Below, one piece after another: positions 30,622 to 41,347 of a DNA stretch of 64,000 bases. Both the position numbers and the translations under genes were made by a program. Source of the stretch: Acidobacteriota bacterium (GTDB taxonomy: Bacteria > Acidobacteriota > UBA890 > WLXD01). How positions within the stretch are numbered: the first letter of the stretch is position 1; every line of letters starts with the position of its first letter. The stretch covers positions 1,600,001 through 1,664,000 of the forward strand of contig CBDFKD010000002.1 in NCBI GenBank assembly GCA_965248695.1, read 5' to 3'. The notes beneath the pieces are model-generated. The model did not search any database, had not been told where the DNA came from, and saw only the letters and a program-made list of their open reading frames with translations.

Positions 30622-32241
30622 ATGAGCGGACGCGTTCTGATCTTCGATACGACGCTGCGCGACGGAGAGCAGTCTCCCGGCGCCAGCATGAACATCGCCG
30701 AAAAGTTGCGGATGGCCGAGGCGCTGGCCGACCTCGGTGTCGACATCATCGAGGCGGGGTTCCCAATCGCTTCACCGGGCGACTTCGAGGCGGTGCGCGC
30801 AGTGGCCCGGAACGTCAACGGACCGACCATCGCGGGGCTGGCGCGCTGTGACCGCCAGGACATCGAGCGCGCCTGGGAGGCGGTCCAGGAGTCGAAGCGG
30901 CCACGGCTGCACGTCTTCCTGGCCACCAGCGCCATCCATCGAGAGCACAAGCTCAAGATGGCCAAAGAGGAAATCCTGCGACGTACGGCGGAATCCGTCG
31001 AGCTCGCCCGCAGTCTCTGCGACGATGTGGAGTTCTCCCCCGAGGACGCATCGCGCACCGAGCCGGACTTCCTCGACGAGGTCGTGCGCTGCGCCATCCA
31101 GGCTGGCGCCACGACGATCAATATCCCCGACACGGTGGGATACGCGGTGCCGAACGAGTTCGGCGAGCGCATTGCCGGTCTTCGGGAACGCGTCGCGGAG
31201 CTCGCCGACGTCGTCATCAGCGTCCACTGCCACGACGATCTCGGGCTCGCTGTGGCCAACACGGTGGCGGCCCTACGTGCCGGCGCTCGTCAGGTTGAGT
31301 GCACCATCAACGGAATCGGTGAACGCGCCGGCAACTGCTCGCTCGAGGAGGTCGTCATGGCGCTGCGTACACGCAATGACTTCTTCGAGCTCGACACCGA
31401 TATCGACGCCACCAAGCTCTATCCCACCAGCCAGCTGCTCTCGAACATCACTGGCCTGGCGGTGCAGCGAAACAAGGCGATCGTGGGCGACAACGCCTTC
31501 GCTCATGAAGCTGGTATCCACCAGCACGGCATGCTCATGCATCACTCGACGTACGAGATCATGCGTCCCGAGGACGTCGGTGTGGGCGCTAGCAACCTGG
31601 TGCTCGGCAAGCACAGCGGCCGACACGCCTTCCGTAGCCACGTCGAGGCGATGGGTTTCGTGCTCGACGAGGATCGTCTGGTGGAGGTGTTCGCCGAGTT
31701 CAAGAAGCTCGCCGACTTGAAGCGCACCGTCTACGACGCCGACATCCGGGCGTTGATCGACGGGAACCTGCAGGAGATACCGCACGTCTGGAACATCGTC
31801 GGTTTCCAGACGATCGCCGGCAAGGGAATCCAGCATGTGGCGGAGGTTCGGCTCGAGCACCGCGACGGCGCGGAGCGACAGGAGGCCGCTTGCGGTGACG
31901 GACCGGTGGACTCGCTCTTCAAGGCGATCGATCGGGCCACCGACGTCCGCGTCGAGCTACACGACTATCAGGTCCGTAGTGTGACGCAGGGCAAGGACGC
32001 TCAGGGCGAAGTGACGGTGGAGACGATGCGCAACGGCCGACTGTACCGCGGTCGCGCCGTTAGCACCGATGTCATCGAAGCGGGAGCGTCGGCGTACATG
32101 AGCCTGGTGAATCAGGTGCTCGCAGACGAAATCCCGACGCTCTCGACGCCATCCTCAGAAGAGATCCCGACGCTCTCGACGCCATCCTCGGAAGAGATCG
32201 CCGAGCCGCTGCGCTCGCGCGGGCATGCCGACGCACGCTGA
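30622..32241 (+). CDS. leuA: 2-isopropylmalate synthase
   Basis: [40 protein letters not shown], regulatory domain GDGPVD. Confidence 0.97.
   Translation: MSGRVLIFDTTLRDGEQSPGASMNIAEKLRMAEALADLGVDIIEAGFPIASPGDFEAVRAVARNVNGPTIAGLARCDRQDIERAWEAVQESKRPRLHVFLATSAIHREHKLKMAKEEILRRTAESVELARSLCDDVEFSPEDASRTEPDFLDEVVRCAIQAGATTINIPDTVGYAVPNEFGERIAGLRERVAELADVVISVHCHDDLGLAVANTVAALRAGARQVECTINGIGERAGNCSLEEVVMALRTRNDFFELDTDIDATKLYPTSQLLSNITGLAVQRNKAIVGDNAFAHEAGIHQHGMLMHHSTYEIMRPEDVGVGASNLVLGKHSGRHAFRSHVEAMGFVLDEDRLVEVFAEFKKLADLKRTVYDADIRALIDGNLQEIPHVWNIVGFQTIAGKGIQHVAEVRLEHRDGAERQEAACGDGPVDSLFKAIDRATDVRVELHDYQVRSVTQGKDAQGEVTVETMRNGRLYRGRAVSTDVIEAGASAYMSLVNQVLADEIPTLSTPSSEEIPTLSTPSSEEIAEPLRSRGHADAR
32128..32199 (+). 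repeat. 33-bp tandem duplication ([11 protein letters not shown] x2) in the leuA C-terminal tail
   Basis: gaaatcccgacgctctcgacgccatcctcagaa / gagatcccgacgctctcgacgccatcctcggaa / gagatc. Confidence 0.9.
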
Positions 32242-32245
32242 CACC

Positions 32246-33643
32246 ATGCCGTCGACGCTGTACGACAAGCTCTGGGACGCCCACCTGGTGGCACCGGAAA
32301 CAGCGGATACGCCGGGTGTCCTGTACGTCGACCTTCACCTGATCCACGAGGTCACCTCGCCACAGGCGTTCGACCGGCTCAATACTGATGGGCGGAGCGT
32401 ACGCCGGCCAGATCTCACCGTGGCGACAATGGATCACTCAACGCCAACCCGGCGCGACGCTGGAGGCAACCTCCTGTACGTCAACGATCAGGCGCGCACC
32501 CAGGTCGAGCGACTGGTGGAAAACTGCGCCGCGCACAAGATCCGGCTGTACGAGCTCGGTGCGCCAGAGCAAGGCATCGTTCACGTCATCGGGCCGGAGC
32601 TCGGGCTCACACAGCCCGGCATGACCATCGTTTGTGGCGACAGCCACACCAGCACGCATGGTGCATTCGGCGCTCTGGCGTTCGGTATCGGCACCAGCCA
32701 GGTGGGTCACGTGCTCGCCACGCAGTGTCTCCTGCAACGCAAATCCAAGACGATGAGGGTGTCGGTGAGCGGCACCCTACGGGACGGCGTCACGGCAAAA
32801 GATCTCGTGCTCGCGTTGATCGGTCAGATCGGCGTCGGCGGCGCCACCGGACATGTGATCGAGTACGCCGGCGAGGCGATTCGAGCCCTGTCGATGGAAG
32901 GCCGCATGACAGTCTGCAATATGTCCATCGAGGCAGGCGGACGCGCCGGGTTGATCGCCCCTGACACAACGACGTTCGAATACCTCGCCGGCCGTCCCGA
33001 CGCCCCGAGCGCCGACAGCTGGGACCAGGCGGTAGGGCGATGGTGCGAATTCGCCACAGACGCCAATGCGAGCTTCGATCGGGAGGTGACGATGAACGCC
33101 GGGGAGATCGAGCCGATGGTCACCTACGGCACCAACCCGGGCATGAGCATTCCGATGAGCGGCTCGATCCCGCTCCCAGACGGCGACCTGGCGGTTGAGC
33201 GCGCCCTGAGCTACATGGGGCTGATACCGGGGGCACCCCTGCTCGATCACCCCATCGACGTGGTGTTCGTAGGCAGCTGCACGAACTCGCGTATTTCCGA
33301 CCTGCGCTCGGCGGCGAGCGTCTTGAAAGCGCGACGGGTGGCCGAGGGAGTCCGCATGGTAGTGGTGCCGGGATCGGCGGCGGTCAAGCAGCAGGCCGAA
33401 TCCGAAGGCCTCGATCAAGTGTTCAAGGAAGCCGGAGCCGAGTGGAGGGACTCGGGCTGCTCCATGTGCATCGCCATGAACGGCGACGCACTGGAGGCCG
33501 GACAGTATTGCGTCAGCACAAGCAACCGGAACTTCGAGGGACGCCAAGGTCGAGGCGGGCGCACCTTCCTGGCCAGCCCCCTCACCGCCGCCGCCAGCGC
33601 CGTGGCAGGCAGCGTCGCCGATCCGCGGGACTGGATGCCGTGA
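32246..33643 (+). CDS. leuC: 3-isopropylmalate dehydratase large subunit (alternative start 32225)
   Basis: [48 protein letters not shown]. Confidence 0.97.
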   Translation: MPSTLYDKLWDAHLVAPETADTPGVLYVDLHLIHEVTSPQAFDRLNTDGRSVRRPDLTVATMDHSTPTRRDAGGNLLYVNDQARTQVERLVENCAAHKIRLYELGAPEQGIVHVIGPELGLTQPGMTIVCGDSHTSTHGAFGALAFGIGTSQVGHVLATQCLLQRKSKTMRVSVSGTLRDGVTAKDLVLALIGQIGVGGATGHVIEYAGEAIRALSMEGRMTVCNMSIEAGGRAGLIAPDTTTFEYLAGRPDAPSADSWDQAVGRWCEFATDANASFDREVTMNAGEIEPMVTYGTNPGMSIPMSGSIPLPDGDLAVERALSYMGLIPGAPLLDHPIDVVFVGSCTNSRISDLRSAASVLKARRVAEGVRMVVVPGSAAVKQQAESEGLDQVFKEAGAEWRDSGCSMCIAMNGDALEAGQYCVSTSNRNFEGRQGRGGRTFLASPLTAAASAVAGSVADPRDWMP

Positions 33644-34230
33644 GCTTCGAGCCGTTCACGGCGTTGACCGCGAGCTACGTCGCCCTGCCGACACCGGATA
33701 TCGACACCGATCGGATCATTCCGGCGCGCTTCCTGACCGTCACCGATCGCACCGGGCTGGCCGACGGTCTGTTCGTCGACTGGCGTCTGGACGAACACGG
33801 GAACCAGCGACCCGACTTCCCGCTGAACCGAGCGGAAGCGCGCGGCGCCCGTGTGCTCGTGGCGGGCGAGAACTTCGGCTGCGGATCGTCGCGTGAGCAC
33901 GCCCCCTGGGCGCTGGTGGACAACGGGTTTCGAGCGGTGATCAGCACCAAGATCGCCGACATCTTCCGGGCCAACGCGCTCAAGAACGGGCTGCTGGCTA
34001 TCGATGTCCCGCCGGCGCACCTGGAGGAGCTGTTAGCGACCGGATTCGGTACGGTCACCATCGACCTGGCGGAACGTCGAGTCGTCATGCCGAGTGGAGA
34101 GGAGGTGATCTTCGATATCGACCCATTCGCGCGTCGCTGTCTGCTGGAAGGGCTCGACGAGCTCGGGTTCCTGCTCTCCCGGGATGCCACCATCGCGGCG
34201 TACGAGCGCCGTTCCGCACCGCCACCATGA
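33640..34230 (+). CDS. leuD: 3-isopropylmalate dehydratase small subunit
   Basis: [27 protein letters not shown]; GTG overlaps the leuC stop. Confidence 0.96.
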   Translation: MSFEPFTALTASYVALPTPDIDTDRIIPARFLTVTDRTGLADGLFVDWRLDEHGNQRPDFPLNRAEARGARVLVAGENFGCGSSREHAPWALVDNGFRAVISTKIADIFRANALKNGLLAIDVPPAHLEELLATGFGTVTIDLAERRVVMPSGEEVIFDIDPFARRCLLEGLDELGFLLSRDATIAAYERRSAPPP

Positions 34231-35294
34231 GCGCCCTCATCGCCGTTCTCGACGGCGACGGCGTCGGGCCCGAGGTCTGCGAGCAGGCGCTGCGCGTGCT
34301 CGAGAAGCTCGGCGAGCTTTTCGACCACACGTTCGAGTTGCGCCACGCCGCGATCGGCGGCGAAGCAATCGACTCGACGGGCGACCCGCTACCTGCTGCC
34401 ACGGTCGAGCTTTGCCGAGAGGCGGATGCCGCCCTACTGGGCGCGGTCGGCCATCCACGATTCGACGACCAGCCGCTACGGCCGGAGGGCGGCCTGCTGA
34501 GACTTCGCAGCGAGTTGGCGCTGTTCGCCAATATCCGGCCGATCCGCACACATGCGTCGCTCGCCGACGCGTCGCCTCTGCGGCCCGAGTACCTGCAGGG
34601 TGTTGACCTGGTGATCGTCCGCGAGCTCACCGGCGGCCTCTACTACGGCGAGCGCGGCCGCGAGGCCGACCGGGCGTTCGACACCTGCGTCTACACCCGC
34701 GCCGAGATCGCGCGAGTGGTTCGGATAGCCTGCGAGATGGCGGGCGGGCGACGGCAGCTGGTGACCTCCGTAGACAAGGCGAACGTGCTCGATACGTCGC
34801 GATTGTGGCGGGAGACAGCCAGCACGATCGCCAGCGAGGAATTCCCCCAGATCACCCTCGAGCACGGCCTGGTCGACTCCATGGCAATGCATCTCGTTGC
34901 GCGCCCGGCGGAGTTCGATGTGATCGTCACCGAGAACATGTTCGGCGACATCCTGTCTGACGAGGCGGCGGTGCTGACGGGATCGCTCGGCATGCTCCCC
35001 TCTGCCTCTTTGGGAATCGGCCAGTGGGGCCTGTACGAGCCGGTGCACGGCTCGGCACCCGATATTGCCGGCCAGGGAGTGGCCAACCCCTACGCAGCGA
35101 TCCTCAGCGTGGCGATGTTGCTGCGCCACTCGCTTGGCCTGGAGGCGGAAGCCACCGTGGTCGAGACCGCTGTCGAAGCCGCGGTTAGCGACGGGTTCCT
35201 GACCCGTGACCTGCGTCCGGACAACGCCGTCGACACCGTGACCGCGGGCTCTGCGGTCATGGAGCGGTTGGAAGCCGCGTCGGCGTCCGCATAG
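34227..35294 (+). CDS. leuB: 3-isopropylmalate dehydrogenase
   Basis: GDG.GPEV, VRELTGG.Y.G, SVDKANVL, NMFGDILSDEA, EPVHGSAPDIAG. Confidence 0.97.
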   Translation: MSALIAVLDGDGVGPEVCEQALRVLEKLGELFDHTFELRHAAIGGEAIDSTGDPLPAATVELCREADAALLGAVGHPRFDDQPLRPEGGLLRLRSELALFANIRPIRTHASLADASPLRPEYLQGVDLVIVRELTGGLYYGERGREADRAFDTCVYTRAEIARVVRIACEMAGGRRQLVTSVDKANVLDTSRLWRETASTIASEEFPQITLEHGLVDSMAMHLVARPAEFDVIVTENMFGDILSDEAAVLTGSLGMLPSASLGIGQWGLYEPVHGSAPDIAGQGVANPYAAILSVAMLLRHSLGLEAEATVVETAVEAAVSDGFLTRDLRPDNAVDTVTAGSAVMERLEAASASA

Positions 35295-35394
35295 ACGGCG
35301 ACCGTCGATCGGAGGCAGGCCGACGGCGCCCAGGGAGGGCCTCTGACGGCCAAACCGGCAGTTGGCCGAGCGGCGTCGGTGCTAGAGTTTCATC

Positions 35395-36549
35395 ATGCTC
35401 AAATGGGTCGTTCGCGTCGTCGTGCTGGCTGCTCTCGGTGCGCTGATCTACTACCTCCGGTTCACGGTTTTCGTTCCGCAGCCGATCGAGGTGAGCGTGA
35501 TGCAGCCATCACGCGGCCGTGTCGAGTCGACGATCACCAACTCGAAGGCCGGCACGGTAAAGGCGCGTCGACGAGCCAGTCTGTCGCCCGAGATCGGTGG
35601 CCGTGTGGTCGGTCTCCCGGTACGCGCTGGCTCCGAGGTTCAGCGCGGCCAGGTGCTGATGCGGCTCGACGATTCGACGCACCAAGCTCAGCTGGAGAAG
35701 GCGCGCCGGGACGTCACCACCGCCCAAGCGCGCCATCGGGAAGCCTGTCTGTCGGCCGATCACGCCCGGCGCGAGTACGAGCGCCATCGCGAGCTCGCGG
35801 ACCGGCAGATCGTTTCACAGAACCTACTCGACCAGCTTCAGAGCCGGTCCCAGACCTCTGCGGCCGGTTGTGAGGCCGCCGATGCGGCGGTCGCAAGCGC
35901 CGACGCGGCCATTGCCCTGATCGAAAGCGAGCTCAGCAAGACGGTACTGCGGGCTCCGTTCAGCGGCATTGTGTCCGAGCTGTCGATCGAGCTCGGCGAG
36001 TACACCACCCCATCGCCGCCGGGACTGCCCATACCCCCCGTGATGGAGATAATCGACACCACTTCGATCTTCGTCAGCGCGCCGATGGACGAGGTCGACT
36101 CGGCACGCATTGGCGCCGGTCAGCGGGTGCGCGCCACCGTCGATTCGTATCCCGGCGAGAGCTTCCCGGGCACCGTCGCACGGGTGGCCCCCTACGTCCT
36201 CGATATCGAGGCACAGAACCGCACCGTCGAGATCGAGGTGGAGCTCGACGACCAGCTGCTTGCTTCGTCGCTCCTGCCGGGCACCTCCGCGGACGTCGAG
36301 GTCATTCTGGAGACACACGACAACGCGCTGCGACTGCCGACCGCGACCTTGCTCGAGGGCGGTGCGGTGATGCTCGTGGAGAACGGCAAGCTGGTGCGTC
36401 GTGAAGTGCAGGTCGGGCTGCGCAACTGGGACTTCACCGAGATCCTCGCCGGCCTCGGAGCTACCGATCGAGTGGTGACCTCGCTCGATCGCGCGGAGGT
36501 ACAGCCCGGCGCCGATGTAGTGGTTGCCGGGGACAGCAGCGCGGGGTGA
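35395..36549 (+). CDS. Efflux transporter periplasmic adaptor (MacA-like membrane fusion protein)
   Basis: N-terminal TM, lipoyl/alpha-hairpin (LRAPFSG.V), beta-barrel, LL.G.SADVE. Confidence 0.9.
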   Translation: MLKWVVRVVVLAALGALIYYLRFTVFVPQPIEVSVMQPSRGRVESTITNSKAGTVKARRRASLSPEIGGRVVGLPVRAGSEVQRGQVLMRLDDSTHQAQLEKARRDVTTAQARHREACLSADHARREYERHRELADRQIVSQNLLDQLQSRSQTSAAGCEAADAAVASADAAIALIESELSKTVLRAPFSGIVSELSIELGEYTTPSPPGLPIPPVMEIIDTTSIFVSAPMDEVDSARIGAGQRVRATVDSYPGESFPGTVARVAPYVLDIEAQNRTVEIEVELDDQLLASSLLPGTSADVEVILETHDNALRLPTATLLEGGAVMLVENGKLVRREVQVGLRNWDFTEILAGLGATDRVVTSLDRAEVQPGADVVVAGDSSAG

Positions 36550-36550
36550 C

Positions 36551-37324
36551 ATGATCCGGCTGCGCGATATCTGGCGCACGTACGACGTCGGCGGCCGTCC
36601 GCTGCACGCGCTGCGTGAGATCAGCGAAGATATCGAGGCCGGGGAGCACGTCGCCATCATGGGCCCGTCGGGCTCTGGGAAGTCGACCCTGCTGAACCTC
36701 CTTGGCTGCCTGGACCGCCCGACCCAGGGCTCCTATGAGCTCGACGGTCGAGAGGTTGCCGAGCTCAACGAGTCGCAGCTCACCGCCATCCGAAGGGACC
36801 TGGTCGGCTTCGTTTTCCAGTCGTTCCACCTGGTGCCGCGGCTGACTTCACTTGGCAACGTGGAGCTGCCGATGATGTTCGCGGGCATCGGTCGGCGGGA
36901 GCGACGAAAGCGGGCGCGCGATGCCCTGGGCTCCGTCGACATGGGCGAACGTGCCGACCATCGGCCGGATCAGCTCTCCGGAGGAGAGTGCCAGCGCGTG
37001 GCCATCGCCCGCGCGATCACCATGGAGCCGAGCGTGCTGCTCGCCGACGAGCCCACCGGCAACCTGGACACGCGGTCGGGACGGCTGGTACTCGATCTCC
37101 TGGAGAGCCTGACGCAGCGCGGACTTACTCTCGTGCTGGTCACTCACGATCCCGGTGTCGCACGGCGCGCCGACCGCGTTATCACCCTGGTGGACGGGCG
37201 TATCGTGTCGAGGATGCGCGGCGCCGACCTGGGCGACGTCAACCCCTATATCGCCGCGGTCGAGGACGACGAGGACAACGCACCGTCGGTAGCCGGCGTC
37301 GCTAGCGGTGATACGTCGTCGTGA
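36551..37324 (+). CDS. ABC transporter ATP-binding protein (MacB/LolD-like)
   Basis: GPSGSGKST, LSGGE.QRVAIARA, ADEPTGNLD, VTHD. Confidence 0.93.
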   Translation: MIRLRDIWRTYDVGGRPLHALREISEDIEAGEHVAIMGPSGSGKSTLLNLLGCLDRPTQGSYELDGREVAELNESQLTAIRRDLVGFVFQSFHLVPRLTSLGNVELPMMFAGIGRRERRKRARDALGSVDMGERADHRPDQLSGGECQRVAIARAITMEPSVLLADEPTGNLDTRSGRLVLDLLESLTQRGLTLVLVTHDPGVARRADRVITLVDGRIVSRMRGADLGDVNPYIAAVEDDEDNAPSVAGVASGDTSS

Positions 37325-38520
37325 CCACGCTCGACACGCTTCGCTATGCAGTTCGCGCGTTGCGTGGCCATGGCCTGCGCACCGCATTGAGCACGACCGG
37401 GGTGGCCATCGGCGTGGCCTCGGTCATCATCCTCACGTCGCTCGGCGAAGGCGCCCGCTCCTACGTCCTCGACCAGTTCGCCTCGCTCGGCACCAACATT
37501 CTCATCGTCGTTCCCGGGCGCACCGAGACCACCGGCGGGCTGCCGGGCATCGGCGGCGTCCCGAATGATCTGACCATCGCCGACGCCGAGGTGTTGGCCC
37601 GCGACGTTCGGTCGGTGATCAACGTTGCGCCGGTGTCCAACGGGAACGAGACCGTCTCGGCGGGTGGGCGCAGCAAACAGGTGTTGGTCCTCGGTTGCAC
37701 GACCGAGATGCGCGATGTGCGCGGCATCGAGATTCGGACGGGCCGCTTCTTGCCGGACGACGATTGGGAACGCGGAGCCTCGGTAGCCGTGCTCGGCAGC
37801 GGCATCGCCAGGGAGCTCTTTCCGGGCATCGGGGCCGTCGGCCAGGTGGTGCGCATCGGCGACTTCCGCATGCGCGTGATCGGCGTCATGGCGTCGCGCG
37901 GCGTGACCCTGGGAATGGACTTCGATCAGATCGTCCTGGTGCCGCTTGCGACCGGCATGCGCTTGTTCAACCGCAGCTCGCTATTCCGCGTCATGGTGCA
38001 GCATGATCCGCAGGCCGACGTAGAGCGTATCCGGGCGAACATCACCCGGATCCTCGCCGATCGGCACGACGAGGAAGACTTCACCCTCATCACCCAGGAC
38101 GCGGTGATGTCGGCCTTCTCGCAGATCTTCGCTGCCCTGACCGCGGCGCTGGCCGGGATTGCGGCAATCTCGCTGAGCGTCGCCGGCATTGGTATCATGA
38201 ACGTCATGCTGGTCTCGGTGTCCGAGCGTACGCGCGAAATCGGGTTGCTCAAGGCAGTCGGCGCTCATCCACGCCAGATTCTCATGGCCTTTCTGACCGA
38301 GGCAGTGCTACTGAGCACCGCAGGCGGGCTCGTCGGGCTGGGCATCGCCGCCGCGTCACTTCAGGGTCTGCTCGTTGCCCTTCCAGCACTCGATGCGACG
38401 CCGCCGATGTGGGCCGTCGCGGCCGCCCTGATCGTGTCGATCGGCGTCGGTGCCGTTTTCGGCGTGCTACCGGCGCGCACTGCAACACGACTCGACCCGA
38501 TCGCGGCATTGAGAGGCTGA
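37321..38520 (+). CDS. ABC transporter permease (MacB/FtsX family)
   Basis: G.AIGV.SV, GIGIMNVMLVSV.ERT.EIG..KA.GA, LDPI.ALR. Confidence 0.92.
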   Translation: MTTLDTLRYAVRALRGHGLRTALSTTGVAIGVASVIILTSLGEGARSYVLDQFASLGTNILIVVPGRTETTGGLPGIGGVPNDLTIADAEVLARDVRSVINVAPVSNGNETVSAGGRSKQVLVLGCTTEMRDVRGIEIRTGRFLPDDDWERGASVAVLGSGIARELFPGIGAVGQVVRIGDFRMRVIGVMASRGVTLGMDFDQIVLVPLATGMRLFNRSSLFRVMVQHDPQADVERIRANITRILADRHDEEDFTLITQDAVMSAFSQIFAALTAALAGIAAISLSVAGIGIMNVMLVSVSERTREIGLLKAVGAHPRQILMAFLTEAVLLSTAGGLVGLGIAAASLQGLLVALPALDATPPMWAVAAALIVSIGVGAVFGVLPARTATRLDPIAALRG

Positions 38521-38522
38521 CC

Positions 38523-39722
38523 GTGGCGACAGCCGACCTGGTACGACTGGCGGGAGGGGCGCTCGGTGGCCATCGGCTGCGCACATTCCTGTCGATGCTG
38601 GGAATCGCCATCGGCGTCTGCGCCGTCATCCTGCTCACCTCCATCGGTGAGGGGACCCGCCGCTACGTGCTCGATCAGTTCACCCAGTTCGGCACCAACA
38701 TCATCGCCATCAACCCCGGCAAGCAGGAAACCATCGGTATTCCGGGGGTTCTGGGCGGCACTACCAAGAAGCTGACCATCGACGACGCGGAGGCCCTGGC
38801 CAAGCTGCCGGGAGTGGAGCGCGTGGCGATGTTCTCGCTCGGCTCGGGAAGGGTCGAAGCAGCGGGCCGCGGCCGCTCGGTGTTCATCTACGGCGCCACC
38901 GACGCGCTCACCGACGTGCTCAAGTTCAGGGTGCGGCAGGGTAGCTTCCTGCCGCCAGGCGACCCCCGGCGCGGCGCTTCAGTGGCGGTGTTGGGCCCGA
39001 CGCTGAAGCGGGAGCTATTCGGCGAGCTCAACGCGCTCGGCAAGTTCGTCCGCGTCGGCGGTCAACGCTTCCGCGTCATCGGCATCATGGAGCCCAAGGG
39101 ACAGATTCTCGGAATGGACATCGACGATGTGGTCTACGTTCCGGTAGCGCAGGGGTTGAAGCTGTTCAACGAGGACGAGCTGTTTGAGATCGACGTGATC
39201 TTTTCGCACGGAGGGCTCGAGCAGCAGGTGGAAGCATCGGTGCGGTCGGCGCTCACAGCGCGCCACGGGCGTGAGGACTTCACCGTCACCACGCAGACTC
39301 AGATGCTCGCCGTGTTCGGCAACGTCATGAACATGATCACCGCCGGCGTTGCCGCCATCGGCGGCATCTCGCTGCTGGTTGGGGCAATCGGCATCCTCAC
39401 CGTCATGTGGATCGCGGTAGGCGAGCGGACGTCGGAGATCGGACTGCTGAAGGCACTAGGCGCCACGTCGACGCAGGTCCAGCTCCTGTTCATGGCCGAG
39501 TCTGGGGCGCTTTCGCTGGCCGGCGGCGCCCTCGGAGTCGGCCTGGGCTTCGGGCTGGCGATGATGGCACGAGCAGCCATACCAGGGCTGCCGGTCTACA
39601 TCCCCACCGAGTTCGTGATCGCCGCGCTGGCCGTGAGCTTCGCCACCGGCATCGCCTCGGGGGTACTTCCGGCGCGACGCGCAGCGTCGCTGGATCCGGT
39701 GGACGCGCTGCGCACCGAATAG
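38523..39722 (+). CDS. ABC transporter permease (MacB/FtsX family), paralog
   Basis: Same architecture; ERT.EIGL.KALGA, PARRAA.LDP..ALR.E; GTG start 38523. Confidence 0.92.
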   Translation: MATADLVRLAGGALGGHRLRTFLSMLGIAIGVCAVILLTSIGEGTRRYVLDQFTQFGTNIIAINPGKQETIGIPGVLGGTTKKLTIDDAEALAKLPGVERVAMFSLGSGRVEAAGRGRSVFIYGATDALTDVLKFRVRQGSFLPPGDPRRGASVAVLGPTLKRELFGELNALGKFVRVGGQRFRVIGIMEPKGQILGMDIDDVVYVPVAQGLKLFNEDELFEIDVIFSHGGLEQQVEASVRSALTARHGREDFTVTTQTQMLAVFGNVMNMITAGVAAIGGISLLVGAIGILTVMWIAVGERTSEIGLLKALGATSTQVQLLFMAESGALSLAGGALGVGLGFGLAMMARAAIPGLPVYIPTEFVIAALAVSFATGIASGVLPARRAASLDPVDALRTE

Positions 39723-39837
39723 ACCTCGCCAGGGCCGGACCCATAGCCCGAATCTGCCGAGGCGTCCGCGCCAGCGTCATATCCTGGGGACTCTCCGGCG
39801 ACCGATCCGTAGGTCACGCGCGTACCTCGGAATCCCC

Positions 39838-40362
39838 ATGGACCAGGCTCAGCTCCGCCAACAGCTCGAAGGGCTGCACAGCGACAGCTTCGGCTGGGCC
39901 CTGAGTTGCTGCGCCGGCCGACGCGATGACGCCGAGGAGGTGCTGCAGACAAGCTACCTCAAGGTGCTTTCGGGCAAGGCGCGTTTCGGCGGCAGGTCGG
40001 CCTTCAAGACCTGGCTGTTCTCGGTTATCCGGCTGACCGCAGCCGACCAGCGCCGGCGCTACGCAATCCGCTGGACCGGGCTGGGGCGCCTGCGCGACGC
40101 GACGGACCACGCGCCCCCGCCCAGACCTGCCGAGCCCACCGAGGCGGTGGAGCAGCAGCAGCGACGGGATCAGCTGCGCGCGGCGCTCGCCGAGCTCCCC
40201 AAACGCCAGCGAGAAGTCATACAGCTGGTCTTCTATCACGACAATTCCCTTAGAGAGGCTGCCGAAATCATGGGAGTATCCCTGGGATCGGCCCGCACGC
40301 ACTACCATCGCGGCAAGCGGCATCTCCGCGCGTGGTTGCAGGAGCACGACGTTGAAATCTGA
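39838..40362 (+). CDS. ECF RNA polymerase sigma factor
   Basis: AEEV.Q..Y, FKTWLF, L..LP.RQREV..L, S..EAA..MG region 2/4 motifs. Confidence 0.9.
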   Translation: MDQAQLRQQLEGLHSDSFGWALSCCAGRRDDAEEVLQTSYLKVLSGKARFGGRSAFKTWLFSVIRLTAADQRRRYAIRWTGLGRLRDATDHAPPPRPAEPTEAVEQQQRRDQLRAALAELPKRQREVIQLVFYHDNSLREAAEIMGVSLGSARTHYHRGKRHLRAWLQEHDVEI

Positions 40363-40798
40363 GCCGGAAGACAAGCAGCTCCGAAACCTGTTCGCGCAGA
40401 TCCGCGCGGAGGATGTTCAATCTTCGCCACCGTTCATAGAGACCTGGTCGGCAGCCACGGCAGCGGACGACGCAACGGCACGGCGGACGATGGCCTGGAC
40501 GCGATGGCTGCGGCCTGTGCCGCTGGGGTTCGCCGCCGCCGCGATGATGGCGACGTTGCTGTTGCTTCGCACCGGCACCGACACCGTCACGAGTCTCGAC
40601 AACCTCGACGGTGAGCCGACTATCACCGCCTGGACGGCGCCATCGACGAGCTTTCTCGGCTTCGATGGAAGTGAGTTTCTGGATCTGAGCGAAGCGGCAC
40701 TGCTGGCCGATTCGCTCGAGGCGTTCGACTGGGACTCGCCCACCGACGGGTTGATCGAGACCGCGATAGGCGAGCTCGGCGAGGAGCGCGAACTGTGA
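40352..40798 (+). CDS. Putative single-TM anti-sigma factor
   Basis: Overlaps the sigma gene; short cytoplasmic N-terminus, one TM, two W..P[ST] motifs. Confidence 0.6.
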   Translation: MKSEPEDKQLRNLFAQIRAEDVQSSPPFIETWSAATAADDATARRTMAWTRWLRPVPLGFAAAAMMATLLLLRTGTDTVTSLDNLDGEPTITAWTAPSTSFLGFDGSEFLDLSEAALLADSLEAFDWDSPTDGLIETAIGELGEEREL

Positions 40799-41277
40799 GC
40801 CGAATTCGATGCATCGCACTGGTCGTGTCCTTGACGCTTGCCCTCGTCGCACTAGGAGCGCGGCAGGCCGACGCCCAGACGCCGGCGATTCCGGGCAACC
40901 CGGCCACCGAGATCAACAACTTCTTCTTCCACCCTCGCATCGTGATGGCGGGCGCCGACCGGATCGGCCTCAGCCGCGACCAGCGACAGCACCTGCGAGA
41001 GCTGTGGGAGGCGTCGCAGGTCGAGTTTCGCCGCCAGCGGTTCGAGCTCGGCAACGCAATGACCTCGATTGGCGCGCTCGCCGTACAGCACCCGGTCGAC
41101 GAGGAGCAGATCCTCGCCCAGCTTGACCAGGTGCTCGATCTCGAGCGCGACATTAAGCGCGCGCAGTTGCTGATGCTGGTTCGCGTCAAGAACCTGTTGA
41201 CACCGGACCAGCACGTCGTTCTCGATCAGATGCGGCGCAATCAGCAGCAGCAACGCCGACGACAGCAGGAACGCTGA
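40795..41277 (+). CDS. Periplasmic Spy/CpxP/heavy-metal-sensor-like helical protein
   Basis: Signal peptide; IGLS.DQ...L and LLTPDQ (LTXXQ) motifs. Confidence 0.75.
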   Translation: MSRIRCIALVVSLTLALVALGARQADAQTPAIPGNPATEINNFFFHPRIVMAGADRIGLSRDQRQHLRELWEASQVEFRRQRFELGNAMTSIGALAVQHPVDEEQILAQLDQVLDLERDIKRAQLLMLVRVKNLLTPDQHVVLDQMRRNQQQQRRRQQER

Positions 41278-41347
41278 TCCAGCGTCGGTTGCTTGTCGGG
41301 GCTCACACGAGCATCGGCGCGCCGGGCTGCCAGCAAGCCGTGGCCTG

